A stretch of DNA of 63,602 nucleotides, filler included, from Octopus bimaculoides (taxonomy: Eukaryota), in the NCBI RefSeq assembly GCF_001194135.2. It is 3 parts of 3 records of this genome, joined end to end, with 100 filler letters (N's around TTAATTAATTAA, not from the genome) between each part and the next. Parts side by side here need not be neighbours in the genome. Positions count along the whole stretch, not along the records: positions 58,456 to 63,602 come from NC_069001.1; 2 more parts are not named here. One strand, written 5' to 3'. Every line of letters begins with the position of its first letter. The first letter of the stretch is position 1. Of the stretch, positions 62,894 to 63,602 are shown in pieces. Under the pieces are notes generated by a model. The model was not told the origin of the DNA and searched no databases. It saw only the letters and a list, made by a program, of their open reading frames with translations. A program made the position numbers and the translations under genes.

Positions 62894-63235
62894 TCACATC
62901 TATGTCTATATAAAATTCTTTGTCTGTTTGTCTGTCTGTTCCCTATACATTCTCAAACAGCTCCACCAAATCAAATCAAATTTGACAAGGTAATACTATT
63001 ACATCCTGCGAGTGTCAATATGTAATTTTTATTTTCATTTGGATTGAAACAATATAACATTTTCTCGAAAATAATTTTTCTATAGTCAACTATAGTAACA
63101 GAAATTTTTACGACGACGACGTCACATTTTGCATATGAGTGTGTATGTGTCTGTGAGTGTGTATATGTTTGCACGTTCGTTACGTACGAGACAGCAAAGG
63201 ACATTTTATACCACTACGACGACGTCACATCTCTA
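62642..63235 (+). mobile_element. Tandem non-autonomous Helitron-like units ending in (ACG)nTCACAT
   Basis: Units begin TCTATATATATAAA (62642) and TCTATGTCTATATAAAA..TGTCTGTTTGTCTGTCTG (~62899), typical Helitron 5' ends; shared TTCTATA(A)GTCAACTAT motif. Confidence 0.5.
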
Positions 63236-63602
63236 TCATTCTCTCTTCATTCTGTCAACCATTCTGTCTGGCTTTTACCGTTGTAACGATGTCTGGTACA
63301 CAAAAAAAAATTATTACAGTTACCTTCATTGTTTACAGTATTCTCTGTAAAATGAAACGATGCGAAAATGACAGGAGTAGAAACGTATTTCTTCTTCCAT
63401 TACAAGTAATTGTCTGTTACTCGAATCATTCTAAGATGTCAGTGTCAAAGACTGGGCAAACAGGACAACGCTTTCTTGGTGGTTTTGATGTTAGTAGTAC
63501 ATGCAGATCTCTCCACAAGGAAATTTAACGAACTCCAAAGGCACACAAAAAACAAAACACAAGGAAAAACTTTTCTTCTCACTCACTAACGTGACACACA
63601 CT

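Overview
AT-rich, repeat-dense eukaryotic DNA with many assembly gaps. The SINE families and microsatellite load point to an octopus genome (inference). No complete protein-coding gene can be assembled. Most long ORFs in the track are gap or microsatellite artefacts. Recognisable content is transposon debris: several tRNA-derived SINE families, an L1/Tx1 LINE, two RLE-type LINE fragments, a CR1 3' end, a Helitron helicase, mariner and maT/Tc1-like transposase remnants, MITEs with clear TIRs/TSDs, and an LTR with a tRNA-Trp primer-binding site. The most notable signal is a Penelope-like element at two loci (24.0-25.2 kb and 56.6-57.2 kb). Each has inverted terminal repeats combining a tRNA-like Pol III promoter segment, an (AAT)n tract and a minimal type-I hammerhead-ribozyme motif. 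A second, unrelated hammerhead-like motif lies at 25.35 kb. A promoter-like island at 18.7-21.5 kb contains a candidate first coding exon, a heptad minisatellite and an NRF1/ETS/YY1/E2F-like motif cluster.
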